This document shows positions 10,510 through 20,242 of a stretch of DNA of 64,000 nucleotides, in pieces (the first letter of the stretch is position 1; each line of letters starts with the position of its first letter). The notes under the pieces were generated by a model. The model worked only from the letters and a program-made list of their open reading frames with translations. It was not told where the DNA came from and did not search any database. Origin of the DNA: a bacterium (GTDB lineage: Bacteria; Electryoneota; JAOADG01); NCBI GenBank assembly GCA_963681965.1, contig OY820579.1, positions 1,984,001 through 2,048,000 on the forward strand, in the 5' to 3' direction. The position numbers and the translations under genes are program-made.

Positions 10510-13500
10510 TTAATTCAATAACGTCATCTTTTTCGCAATAACACCCTGCGAAGTTTCCATCCGATAGAAATACATACCGCTGGAGACTTTCATGCCGGAG
10601 GAGTTCTTGCCATTCCAGCGTAATTCGTAGGTGCCGGTTGTTTTTACATCATTCAATAAGTTGATGACTTCGCGACCCATGATGTCGTAAATCGCAACCT
10701 TCACCCGCTCGGTGCGCGGCAATGTAAACCGGATTACCGTGGTCGAGTTAAATGGATTCGGATAATTCTGCTGCAACGTGAACTGTTTCGGCATTGCCGT
10801 CGCGACTTCGCGAACTCCTTGAACCGAAGCGTCGTCGCAGACCCGCTGCATGTAAAGATCATGAAACTCTTCCTTCAAGGTAGCGCGCATATCTCGCCAA
10901 TTCACTACTGCTCCACCCGGTACCGCCACTGCCTGCGGCTGAAATTGCGAATAACGGGCTTTTTCGAGAAATGCTGCATGCATCGGTGTTGCCGTCGGTG
11001 TCCAGAGCTCGGGACGCACGACCGTACCATTTCCGGCAAGATGGATCCCGATTACATCGGCGTCGTTATTGGTAGTCGGGGGCGGAAAGGGATTGGTCAC
11101 GTCGTAATATTGTGTGAAGAAGAGATAGGCACCATCGCTATTGTCATTGACCATTACGAGATTGGTTTGCGCATTATCGGCAATTCTCAAGCGCTGACCA
11201 GTACTGTCGAGCATGAAGTGACCCGAAGCATCAAGATGTTGCAGATAGATCGATGGATAACCGCCAATGCGAGCATCCTGCCAGCCAAACCAGTAAGTCG
11301 ATCCAGTGGTCATCCCAACAGCATACTCCTCGTTATTATCCGATGCACCCAATCGTATGCCATCACCCCATTGTGCCGTCCCTTCGGGATCGAGACGCTG
11401 AGCCATAATTTGCGCGCACGCACCGCCTGCGATGTCGTATCGGAATTCCATCCAATAGGCAATAACCGAACCATCTGCTCCCGATAGTAACTTTAATTGT
11501 GAGCGGTATCCGGTCGCTAAATTGTGATATAATGTGGAATCACCTTCGGCGATGATGCGATGCCAAAGTGCTGTGCCATCGCTCAACAATCTGTAAATAT
11601 GAACGCGCAAAATCCCATATTCTAAATCAAAACACTCAATGTATCCGACATAAATATTACTGTCGGAAATTGTTAGCGCAACAAACCCCTGATCCAATCC
11701 CGGCTCAATCGCGATTCCTGTAGGGCTTAATAATCGTTGACCGGAGCTGTTGATGTGTTGAAAGTGCACTTCGTTGTAGTAAAATGGTGGTTCACTAGCA
11801 ACTGTGTATGCTAGATACGCACCACCATTTCCATCGGGTTTACCCGTTAAAAAATCGGGTCCGAAGAGATCACCGCAGACATCACTACCGAAATCGCCCC
11901 ACATTCGCTCGCCATTGTAGGAGATCTTTTGCGCCCGTAAGGTTTGAATGTAACTGCCGGCATGCGGGTCCGTGTTGAAATAGACGACGATCGTACCGGA
12001 ATCGGGAGTACTGATCAATTGGGGATTTGAATAAAAATAAATCCCACTTTGTGCGATTCGGTTGGTAGAGTCGAGCGTAATCGGATTCCCATTTTTCGTA
12101 ATACCCGGTATCGTTGTACCATTCGAATCCTCGGGAGTACTGGAATGAATCGAATAATAGATTCGATCTCCCATTACCCCTCTCCGTTGATCGACCCAAG
12201 TGTTGATGATCCGGGTACTACCCATTGTTCCGATCGTATTGCACTGAATGTTTCCGTTAATATCGGGAACGGTTTCGATACCATTCGTTGGGAATTGCAG
12301 TAGTGAGGTACCATCCAAATTCCAAACCGTCCGATAGATCGGAGCACTTCCCTCGCGTTCATCTATCCATGCGAACAACAACCGATCTCGGCTATTTTGA
12401 CAGATGATGTAACTCTGATTCTGTGATGCCGCTGACACCGGTAATCCATTTGTTTGCCAAACCGCTTGACCAAAAGAATTGATGCGTTGGGCATAGACAT
12501 CACGATTGTAATCTACGCTAGTACGTAAATCTTCCCAAACTACGATACACCCACCAAGTCCATCGGATGACAACCGTGTTGCAAGCTGGTTGTGTGATTC
12601 GGTGCAAACCGGTACGCCGCCAGTTTGCCATAACTTCGTCAAAGTAGCAGTGCCGGTAACTTTTTGAGCGTACAAGTCTTCGTTGTAAGCACCGGTAGGA
12701 TCGTTGCGATAATCTTCCCAACTGACGATCGCATTTCCGGTACTGGATGAAATGATTCGCGGATTGGTCTGTTCGGTCGGCAGACTCTCCAAGACAATTC
12801 CTGTATCCGGCGACCACATTTTCGTGCCGGATGAATCGATCCGTTGCATCCAGAGATCTATTGTTAATCCCGATCGATTTCGCCACACAAAAAACGCACC
12901 GCCGCTACCATCGGAACAAATTTTTACTCTTCCCAAATCACAGGTGTCGGCAATAAAGACACGTCCTTCCGACATCCAGCGCATGGTGCCGTTACCATAC
13001 ACATGTTGATAATAAATGTCGGGGTGATTGCGACGGTTATCGATCCAAGCAACCCAGAGCCCGCCCGAACCATCAATGTCGACGCTGTATTCGCCGCCGG
13101 TCGGTTGATTGCCGGTTGCGGCAGCGATGGCATTCCCATTCAAATTCCATCCGGTAACACGTTGTCCGCTGACATTCAACCTGAGCCCGTAAAGATCGGC
13201 ACCAAGATTATTCCGATTATCTTCCCACGTGATGTATACGCCGCCAACGCCGTCGGGAAGGATGCACAAGTCGTTCTGATATCCATTAACCATACAGACA
13301 GGAACTGCGTTCACGCTATCCGTAGCACCGGCAACATTCCAAAGACGATTCCCATTCGGATCGAGCTTCTGTGCCATCACCGATCCGGCATCATCGCCGA
13401 CAAGCGATGGATTATTCTGGTATATGCCGATGCGATAATCGACCCACGCGATATACAGACCCGTTGAATCGGCGAAGATCACTGGATCTTCCTGACGATC

Positions 13501-13803
13501 AGGTCCATCGTTGACTGTGCGCGTCCAGATGATTTCGCCATCGTGACCGATTTTACTCGCATACAAACCGTGAACACCATTCGGCGATGCAAACCAGACC
13601 AGATACCAATTGCCTTGTTGGTCGGCGGTTAGCGTACGATACCAAAATAGATGCGTACCTTGACGCACCGGTATCCCGGAGCTGTCCTGCGTCGGATGTT
13701 CGCGAAACGGTTGAGTATGCCAGCGATTTTGGATGAATTGTGCTGGGGCGGTCGAACAGAGTAAACCAGTGAGTAAAACTAGGATCCAGTGCTGCGGTTT
13801 CAT
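10510..13803 (-). CDS. Large secreted repeat protein with T9SS/FlgD-like C-terminal domain (paralog 2 of 3)
   Basis: GAGGAGG RBS, colinear with paralogs 1 and 3 over full length, QNYPNPFN tail. Confidence 0.9.
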   Translation of the reverse strand: MKPQHWILVLLTGLLCSTAPAQFIQNRWHTQPFREHPTQDSSGIPVRQGTHLFWYRTLTADQQGNWYLVWFASPNGVHGLYASKIGHDGEIIWTRTVNDGPDRQEDPVIFADSTGLYIAWVDYRIGIYQNNPSLVGDDAGSVMAQKLDPNGNRLWNVAGATDSVNAVPVCMVNGYQNDLCILPDGVGGVYITWEDNRNNLGADLYGLRLNVSGQRVTGWNLNGNAIAAATGNQPTGGEYSVDIDGSGGLWVAWIDNRRNHPDIYYQHVYGNGTMRWMSEGRVFIADTCDLGRVKICSDGSGGAFFVWRNRSGLTIDLWMQRIDSSGTKMWSPDTGIVLESLPTEQTNPRIISSSTGNAIVSWEDYRNDPTGAYNEDLYAQKVTGTATLTKLWQTGGVPVCTESHNQLATRLSSDGLGGCIVVWEDLRTSVDYNRDVYAQRINSFGQAVWQTNGLPVSAASQNQSYIICQNSRDRLLFAWIDEREGSAPIYRTVWNLDGTSLLQFPTNGIETVPDINGNIQCNTIGTMGSTRIINTWVDQRRGVMGDRIYYSIHSSTPEDSNGTTIPGITKNGNPITLDSTNRIAQSGIYFYSNPQLISTPDSGTIVVYFNTDPHAGSYIQTLRAQKISYNGERMWGDFGSDVCGDLFGPDFLTGKPDGNGGAYLAYTVASEPPFYYNEVHFQHINSSGQRLLSPTGIAIEPGLDQGFVALTISDSNIYVGYIECFDLEYGILRVHIYRLLSDGTALWHRIIAEGDSTLYHNLATGYRSQLKLLSGADGSVIAYWMEFRYDIAGGACAQIMAQRLDPEGTAQWGDGIRLGASDNNEEYAVGMTTGSTYWFGWQDARIGGYPSIYLQHLDASGHFMLDSTGQRLRIADNAQTNLVMVNDNSDGAYLFFTQYYDVTNPFPPPTTNNDADVIGIHLAGNGTVVRPELWTPTATPMHAAFLEKARYSQFQPQAVAVPGGAVVNWRDMRATLKEEFHDLYMQRVCDDASVQGVREVATAMPKQFTLQQNYPNPFNSTTVIRFTLPRTERVKVAIYDIMGREVINLLNDVKTTGTYELRWNGKNSSGMKVSSGMYFYRMETSQGVIAKKMTLLN

Positions 13804-13960
13804 GGGTTCTTCCCTCCTCGGTTCTTGAAGCAGTTCTGAGAAGATCGGCGACCGATCAGATCGGTCTGGAGAAAGAAATCTTATATCAATCTACAAACAA
13901 CCCGATATTTTATCAATAGGAAATCCACAATTAATCGAAATATTTTGAAATCCTCGAATA

Positions 13961-13993
13961 AAAAAACGGGCGACAAATTAGCCGCCCGTTTTT
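13961..13993 (-). terminator. Intrinsic terminator of paralog 3
   Basis: AAAAAACGGGCG...CGCCCGTTTTT hairpin with A/T runs on both sides. Confidence 0.8.
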
Positions 13994-14011
13994 CACTACT
14001 TGAATAATTTG

Positions 14012-17000
14012 TTAGTTCAAAAGCGTCATCTTCTTCGCGATAACACCCTGCGAAGTTTCCATGCGGTAGAAATACATACCGCTGGAGACTTTCATGCCGG
14101 AAGTGTTCTTGCCATTCCAGCGAACTTCGTAAGTGCCGGTTGTCTTCACATCATTCAATAAGTTGATGACTTCGCGACCCATGATATCGTAAATAGCAAC
14201 CTTCACCCGCTCGGTTCGCGGCAATGTAAACCGGATAACCGTCGTCGAGTTGAATGGATTCGGGTAGTTCTGCAGTAACGTGAACTGCTTCGGCATCGCT
14301 GTGGCAATTTCACGTACGCCGACGGAATCGTCGTCGCGGACACGCTGCATGTACAGATTGATCAGTTCTTCCTTACCAGTAGCACGCAAATCGACCCAGT
14401 TCACTGCCGCACCGTGCGGACGTGAAATCGATTTCGGCGATTTCTGGGCTGCCGGCATTTTTTCGAGGAATGCTACTTGATAGTGCGATGCTGCCGGGGT
14501 CCAAAGTTCCGGTCGGTTGATCGCACCGTTTGCATTCAAATGCAAGCCTTCAATTTCGGCATCGTTGATTGTTGCCGGGGGTGGGAATGGATTGGCTTCA
14601 TCGTAAAATTGCGAGAAGAACATATACACGCCAGTACCGGCATCATTCGCGAAATCGAGATCGGTCTGTGCGTTGTTGGCAACAGCCATGCGTTGTCCGA
14701 CTGAATCCAACAAGAACCCGCCAGTTGCGCTTAGGTGCTGCAGATAGATCGATGAAAAACCACCAATTCGGGTATCTTTCCAACCGAGCCAATAGGTCGA
14801 ACCTGCAGACATCGCGATTGCGTCGGATTGTGCCTGCTCGCTAGCGCCTAATCGGACACCTTCGCCCCAGAGGAGATTACCGTTTGCATCGACGCGTTGT
14901 GCCATGATTTGCGCACCCGAGCCGCCGGCGATATCAAATCGGAACTCCATCCAGTATGCAACGACCGAGCCACTGTCGCCAGCGACCAAACGCAACTGTG
15001 AACGATTGCCGTTCGAATTGTTGTTGTGACCGGTTGAATCGCCTGAGGCAAGAATGTGATTCCAAACTACCGATCCGTCAGGATTCAGTTTACAAACTCG
15101 GACACTGAAAATGTTGTTCATCGCATCGGTTACTTCGATGTAACCGACATAAATATTGCTGCCGGACACGACTAAAGAAGCCCACTGTTGTTCCAAGCCG
15201 GGGTTGATGGCTGCACCGGTTGAAGCGAGTTGAATTTGACCGGCACTATTGACATGTTGGAAATGGACTTCGTTGTAATAGTATGGTGCATCGCCGGCAA
15301 TGGTGAATGCCAAATAAGCGCCACCGCTGCCATCCGGTTTTCCAGTTAAAAATTCCGGTCCGGTAACGGCACTACATATTTCACGACCGAAATTGGTCCA
15401 TGACCGTGCGCCACTGTAAGAGATCTTCTGCGCGCGCAATGTTTGTTCTGATGAGGAGCCATTTGCGGCAGTATTGAAGTAGACGATGATCGAACCGGAA
15501 TCCGGTGTTCCAATTGTCAACGGTGCACTGTAAATCGCCGTACCGTCCTGAGTCAACCGGTTGGTGGAATCAAGTGTAATCGGGTTGCCGTTTGCGGCAA
15601 TACTGGCGATTTTCGATCCATTCTGACTGTCGGAACCGCTATTGTGAATCGAATAATAAATGCGATTGCCGTATTGCGATCGTCGAGCGTCGACCCAGTA
15701 GTTAATCAATCGGCTAGTACCCATACCGACGATTGAGTTGCGCGTGACATTACCGGTAATATCGGGAATAGTCAGTGCGCCGGTTGCCGGCATCGTACCC
15801 ACCGGTTGACCGCTTAAGTTCCATACCGTGTGATAAATCGGTCGACTTCCCAATCGGCTGTCCGACCAAACGAGGAGTAATCTGCCGCCACTTTCGCGGC
15901 AAACCGGAGCGATCTGTCCACCATCGGCAGCGGAAATCACCAAACCATTGGTCGACCACGCAACCGTACCATTCGATTGTACGCGCTGGGCATAGATATC
16001 GTGTTCGGGATTGGCAGTCGTGCGTTCATCTTCCCAAACGAGCACACATCCACCAGAACCGTCCGAAGCCAAGCGTGATTCACGCTGGTGGTGGGTTTCC
16101 GTACAAACTGCGACTCCACCGGTTGGCCAGGCGCGAGTCAAAGTCGTAGAGCCCGAGACTTTTTGAGCGTAAATATCTTCGTTCTGAGTGCCTGATGGGT
16201 CGTTGCGGAAATCTTCCCAACTGACAATGGCGGAACCGGCACCAGCATATACGATGCGCGGACTAGTCTGCTCGTAGGGAATTGATTCAAGTACAACGCC
16301 GGAATCGGGTGACCACATTTTGGCGCCGGAAGAATCGATACGCTGCATCCAAATATCGATCGTTGTTCCATTGACATTACGCCATGCGAGGAATGCACCA
16401 CCGCTGCCATCGGGACAAATCTTTACTTTGCCCAATTCGCAAGTATCGGCGATGAAGGGTTGACCTTCGTTGCTCCAGCGCATCGTACCGTTGCCGTAAA
16501 CATGCTGGTAATAAATGTCGGGATGGTTGCGACGATTGTCGACCCAAGCGACCCACGCTCCAGTACGCCCGTCGACATCGACTGTATATTCACCACCGAC
16601 TGGTTGGTTACCAGCCGCAGCACAGATTGCATTACCATTGGGAGACCAACCGGTATGGCGGCTTCCGTTCGCATCGATTCGGTTACCGTAAATATCCGCA
16701 CCACGATTGTTACGCGTGTCTTCCCACATGACATATGCACCGCCCGCGCCATCGGGAACAAGTCGCAGATCGTTTTGGTAACCACTGGTCATACATACTG
16801 GAACGGCATTTACGCTGTCTGTTGCACCAGTAATATTCCAAAGTCGGTTACCATTGGGATCAAGTTTCTGTGCCATTACCGAACCAGCACCGTCGCCGAC
16901 GAAATTCGTGTCATTTGTGTAGGAACCGCCGCGATAGTTGCCTTCACGGTAATCGACCCACGCTATAACCAATCCGGTTGAGTCGGCAATAACGACTGGA

Positions 17001-17326
17001 TCTTCTTGTCGACCGGGACCGTCATTAACGGTTTTGATCCAAACGGTGTCGCCGTTCGAATTGATCTTGCAAGCATACAGACCGCGAATTCCATTCGGTG
17101 TGGATGACCACGAAAAATACCAATTGCCGTGATCGTCGCCGGTAGCTGAACGCTGCCATTCAATGTGCGATCCTTGCCGAACTGCAATACCTACACTGTC
17201 GCGTTCGGAATTCGGAAAGTTCCGAAAGGCTTCGGTGTGCCAGCGATTCTGGATGTATTGCGCGTAAACGGGTGAAACCAGCAACCCTGCACTCAAAGCA
17301 AGTAACCAGATCAAGGGTTTCTTCAT
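14012..17326 (-). CDS. Large secreted repeat protein with T9SS/FlgD-like C-terminal domain (paralog 3 of 3)
   Basis: Start moved to 17326 (MKKPLIWLL, GAGGAGGG RBS) to match paralog 1 (MKNPLIWLL). QNYPNPFN tail. Confidence 0.9.
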   Translation of the reverse strand: MKKPLIWLLALSAGLLVSPVYAQYIQNRWHTEAFRNFPNSERDSVGIAVRQGSHIEWQRSATGDDHGNWYFSWSSTPNGIRGLYACKINSNGDTVWIKTVNDGPGRQEDPVVIADSTGLVIAWVDYREGNYRGGSYTNDTNFVGDGAGSVMAQKLDPNGNRLWNITGATDSVNAVPVCMTSGYQNDLRLVPDGAGGAYVMWEDTRNNRGADIYGNRIDANGSRHTGWSPNGNAICAAAGNQPVGGEYTVDVDGRTGAWVAWVDNRRNHPDIYYQHVYGNGTMRWSNEGQPFIADTCELGKVKICPDGSGGAFLAWRNVNGTTIDIWMQRIDSSGAKMWSPDSGVVLESIPYEQTSPRIVYAGAGSAIVSWEDFRNDPSGTQNEDIYAQKVSGSTTLTRAWPTGGVAVCTETHHQRESRLASDGSGGCVLVWEDERTTANPEHDIYAQRVQSNGTVAWSTNGLVISAADGGQIAPVCRESGGRLLLVWSDSRLGSRPIYHTVWNLSGQPVGTMPATGALTIPDITGNVTRNSIVGMGTSRLINYWVDARRSQYGNRIYYSIHNSGSDSQNGSKIASIAANGNPITLDSTNRLTQDGTAIYSAPLTIGTPDSGSIIVYFNTAANGSSSEQTLRAQKISYSGARSWTNFGREICSAVTGPEFLTGKPDGSGGAYLAFTIAGDAPYYYNEVHFQHVNSAGQIQLASTGAAINPGLEQQWASLVVSGSNIYVGYIEVTDAMNNIFSVRVCKLNPDGSVVWNHILASGDSTGHNNNSNGNRSQLRLVAGDSGSVVAYWMEFRFDIAGGSGAQIMAQRVDANGNLLWGEGVRLGASEQAQSDAIAMSAGSTYWLGWKDTRIGGFSSIYLQHLSATGGFLLDSVGQRMAVANNAQTDLDFANDAGTGVYMFFSQFYDEANPFPPPATINDAEIEGLHLNANGAINRPELWTPAASHYQVAFLEKMPAAQKSPKSISRPHGAAVNWVDLRATGKEELINLYMQRVRDDDSVGVREIATAMPKQFTLLQNYPNPFNSTTVIRFTLPRTERVKVAIYDIMGREVINLLNDVKTTGTYEVRWNGKNTSGMKVSSGMYFYRMETSQGVIAKKMTLLN

Positions 17327-17336
17327 TGTTCCCTCC

Positions 17337-18809
17337 TCAATTCTTGTGAGATAAAATGCGATATAAACTAATCGGTTTTTCCAATTCAAAGCTCTGTTTG
17401 CCGATTTGGATCGCGACGCTTGCCGATTTGGATTGCCAATCGATCCGCAAATCGGGTAGCCAAGGTGCGATGGCTACTCGCCATTCAACCGGGAGATCGT
17501 TGCACTGCCAAGGTCCCACGACCGTTAAATCGTGGCTGAAAATCCTGATCATCCCTTCTACCAAGCTAACACTTTCACGTGGAAATTCCAAGAGGTTACG
17601 ACCTATTGGTGAAAGCAAACTATCTGCGATTTCGTCCCAATAATCGTTCTGAGTGATACGTCCTAATTCGAGGGAAAGTATGGCGAAAAGTCCTTGCTCG
17701 TGAAGTGCCGGAACTGAACCGTGAAGAATATGACCTTTTGAAAACCAATCGAGCTGTCCATCGGTCGTCCGAAACCGGTCGAACCAAATTGCTGCGATCG
17801 TCTCAATCCGACCCAACCACCGAGAATCGCCACTATAGCGGTAGTAGTCTAGCGCTGCGATTGCAAACACCAGACCGTCGGAGAGTCGAAAACCAAGATT
17901 ATCATTCGATGGTAATTCTAATTCCGCACCATCGGTACTAAATCGACCGTAGCGATACACCGAGTCGATCAGATTGCCAGCGTGCCGAATCCAGACTGAT
18001 CCGAATGCCCATCCAATTCTAACTAGTGCTCGAACTACCTGAGCTTGTTCGGTTATGGTCGTCGATTCAAGTCTGATCTTATTTTCGGTCGCATAGGTCG
18101 GAAAATAAAGTCCGGTAGCTGCATCTAGTTTGGTTAGTAGATGATCAGCTTGGTGTTGCAACGTTTCACAAATAGCTGAGTTTTGAAGAGTATAGCAATT
18201 CGGAAATGCGGATACCGATAAATAAATACTGGCTGTTGCTAGAATCGTTTCACACAAATAAGAAAGTGGAAGTTGATCGATTTGAAGTAAAGCAATTCGC
18301 TGGTAGATGTGCTCCAAGAGCGCAACTGCACCAGGACGCTCGCGAAATCGAACAATTGTCGACACTAATCGAAGTTCGTCTAAAGTCATTCGATCTCTTG
18401 AAATCGGTCTTTGTTCAACCCGTTTTAACCATTCACGAACCAGTAACGTTGAAATGGTTGTCGATTGCGCTTCTTCGATCGCTTTTGTTTTGCGAGGTGG
18501 TTCAGCAAGTTGAACCACAGAATCGCGATGGTCAATCCAAGCTTCCAGCAGTAAACGGTAATAATCTTCAAGAAAATTCAAACTAGTTATATACTGTGAT
18601 GGAAGTGGTTTAGCGATATCAAAATAAGCCACGATACACGGGGTTGTGGATATATGTAGATGAGCGCCGAGATCGGGTCGGAATCGTAGATCAAACAATT
18701 CTACCCGATCATTGTGCGTTTGTTGCCATTCAACTAATTCACAACAAGCTTGTTCCGACATAATTGATCGATCGATTGCCAGAAAAAAACGGAGTCCTTC
18801 GTCGTTCAT
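17337..18809 (-). CDS. Divergent YyaL/DUF255-like protein (thioredoxin-like N-terminus plus helical barrel)
   Basis: N-terminal ACC...D...RPDL segment and helical repeats (LDYYRYSGDSRWL, LGRITQNDYWDE) recall YyaL, but canonical motifs are eroded. ATG lies 1 nt after the cytochrome stop. Confidence 0.5.
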   Translation of the reverse strand: MNDEGLRFFLAIDRSIMSEQACCELVEWQQTHNDRVELFDLRFRPDLGAHLHISTTPCIVAYFDIAKPLPSQYITSLNFLEDYYRLLLEAWIDHRDSVVQLAEPPRKTKAIEEAQSTTISTLLVREWLKRVEQRPISRDRMTLDELRLVSTIVRFRERPGAVALLEHIYQRIALLQIDQLPLSYLCETILATASIYLSVSAFPNCYTLQNSAICETLQHQADHLLTKLDAATGLYFPTYATENKIRLESTTITEQAQVVRALVRIGWAFGSVWIRHAGNLIDSVYRYGRFSTDGAELELPSNDNLGFRLSDGLVFAIAALDYYRYSGDSRWLGRIETIAAIWFDRFRTTDGQLDWFSKGHILHGSVPALHEQGLFAILSLELGRITQNDYWDEIADSLLSPIGRNLLEFPRESVSLVEGMIRIFSHDLTVVGPWQCNDLPVEWRVAIAPWLPDLRIDWQSKSASVAIQIGKQSFELEKPISLYRILSHKN

Positions 18810-18810
18810 C

Positions 18811-19551
18811 TTACTTACTCGACGCACTGGTATCGGGTCGAACTAAAAAAGCAATAATATTTTTTAATGAATCTACCGGTAGTCTCGTTATTGTAAAGAA
18901 AGGCATATATCCGTTCAAATAATTAGTCGAACTGAGACGCGTTTTCATTGCAATATAGCCAATACTGAGTGAATGGATTGAGCGAAGATCGGCAATTCCG
19001 TGGATACCGTAACCGTGGCATTGATTGCAATATCGATCATACGTGCTGCTACCGAATAGCTGTTCTCCCCCACTATAAGTTGTTTGATAGCGAACGGTAT
19101 CGATTAAATTTTCAGTCGTTAGAAAGGTGTCGATTTGGATGGTTCGCAACATTGAATCACTCCGAACCGAAGTACTCTTTAAATACTCTTCTAGTGCAAT
19201 CCACCGATCGGAAATCTGAGTGAGTTGGTCACCATGCATATATTTTACGATACACTGATTGACTGCAGTACGCAGAGATCGGTGATATTCTCCCCAGAAT
19301 CCATTGCGATAATATAGATTACGAAGCGGTACTGCCGGATAAGTGAAATCAGCACGATCCCGATCACTTTCCGGAGGTTGGTGACATGTAATGCAAGTGT
19401 AAGGATTTCCAACTGTTCCAAAGGTAGGATCGTCGGATAGATTCTTTCCGATTGATATATAATCGATAGAATCTTCCGAAGTACTTGATTTACTGCAACC
19501 AAGTGAGAAAAGGAAGGCAATTATTAGAGTGATATATAATGCTATTCTCAC
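18811..19551 (-). CDS. Lipoprotein dihaem cytochrome c, TsdA/SoxA-like
   Basis: Lipobox SLGC. Haem motifs CITCH and CNQCH. Segment [12 protein letters not shown]...ALEEYL and a C-terminal YMP. Confidence 0.8.
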   Translation of the reverse strand: MRIALYITLIIAFLFSLGCSKSSTSEDSIDYISIGKNLSDDPTFGTVGNPYTCITCHQPPESDRDRADFTYPAVPLRNLYYRNGFWGEYHRSLRTAVNQCIVKYMHGDQLTQISDRWIALEEYLKSTSVRSDSMLRTIQIDTFLTTENLIDTVRYQTTYSGGEQLFGSSTYDRYCNQCHGYGIHGIADLRSIHSLSIGYIAMKTRLSSTNYLNGYMPFFTITRLPVDSLKNIIAFLVRPDTSASSK

Positions 19552-19967
19552 GCTTCACCCATCACTTTCACGATCACACGTTTCGAACGCTGTCCATCGA
19601 ATTCGGCGTAATAAACTTGTTGCCACGGACCTAGGTCAAGTTTGCCCGAAGTGACTGGTAACCATATCTGATGCCCTACCAGTAAATTCTTTAAATGACT
19701 GTCACCATTCGTTTCACCGGTGCGATGATGCCGGTAATTTGCATAAGGTGCCAGCTTCTCCAGCCAATCGTCGATGTCTTGAACTAATCCCGACTCAGCA
19801 TCGTTGACATACACCCCTGCGGTAATATGCATTGCAGAAACAAAAACAAATCCTTCGCGAATACCCGACTTTTGCAATATTTCCTCAATTTTTGAGGTGA
19901 TTAGCAGATATTCACGATGTTTTTTCGTGTGAATAGTTAGATATTCAGTATGCCAAATCATATTCAC
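19548..19967 (-). CDS. yjbQ: YjbQ/UPF0047 family protein
   Basis: [37 protein letters not shown]. Confidence 0.93.
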   Translation of the reverse strand: MNMIWHTEYLTIHTKKHREYLLITSKIEEILQKSGIREGFVFVSAMHITAGVYVNDAESGLVQDIDDWLEKLAPYANYRHHRTGETNGDSHLKNLLVGHQIWLPVTSGKLDLGPWQQVYYAEFDGQRSKRVIVKVMGEA

Positions 19968-20242
19968 TCACTGTTTCTGTTTTGAGAGGTGATACCGTCG
20001 TCACTAAGTTTTTGGTTAAGAACAATACACCTCTTTTATTTTGTGAGTTTAGAGTGTATTATTCTGTTAAGATAGTGTCGGTTTTTATGACACTTGGGTT
20101 GAGATGCATTCGGTTCGATACCTTCAATATAATTCTTGGATATCGACTACAAAATCGTCGTTAGAAATTTTTGATGGTATTTTGGGTCGTTTGGTGCGTA
20201 TTTCATTGTAAGGCGAGCCTTGAAATCTTGAAAGGAGTTAAC

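Noticed and set aside
10819-11487. Long antisense or alternate-frame ORFs (e.g. 10819-11487, 16460-16981, 20366-20956, 59063-59686)
   Set aside because: They are shadows of well-supported genes and have no recognisable motifs.
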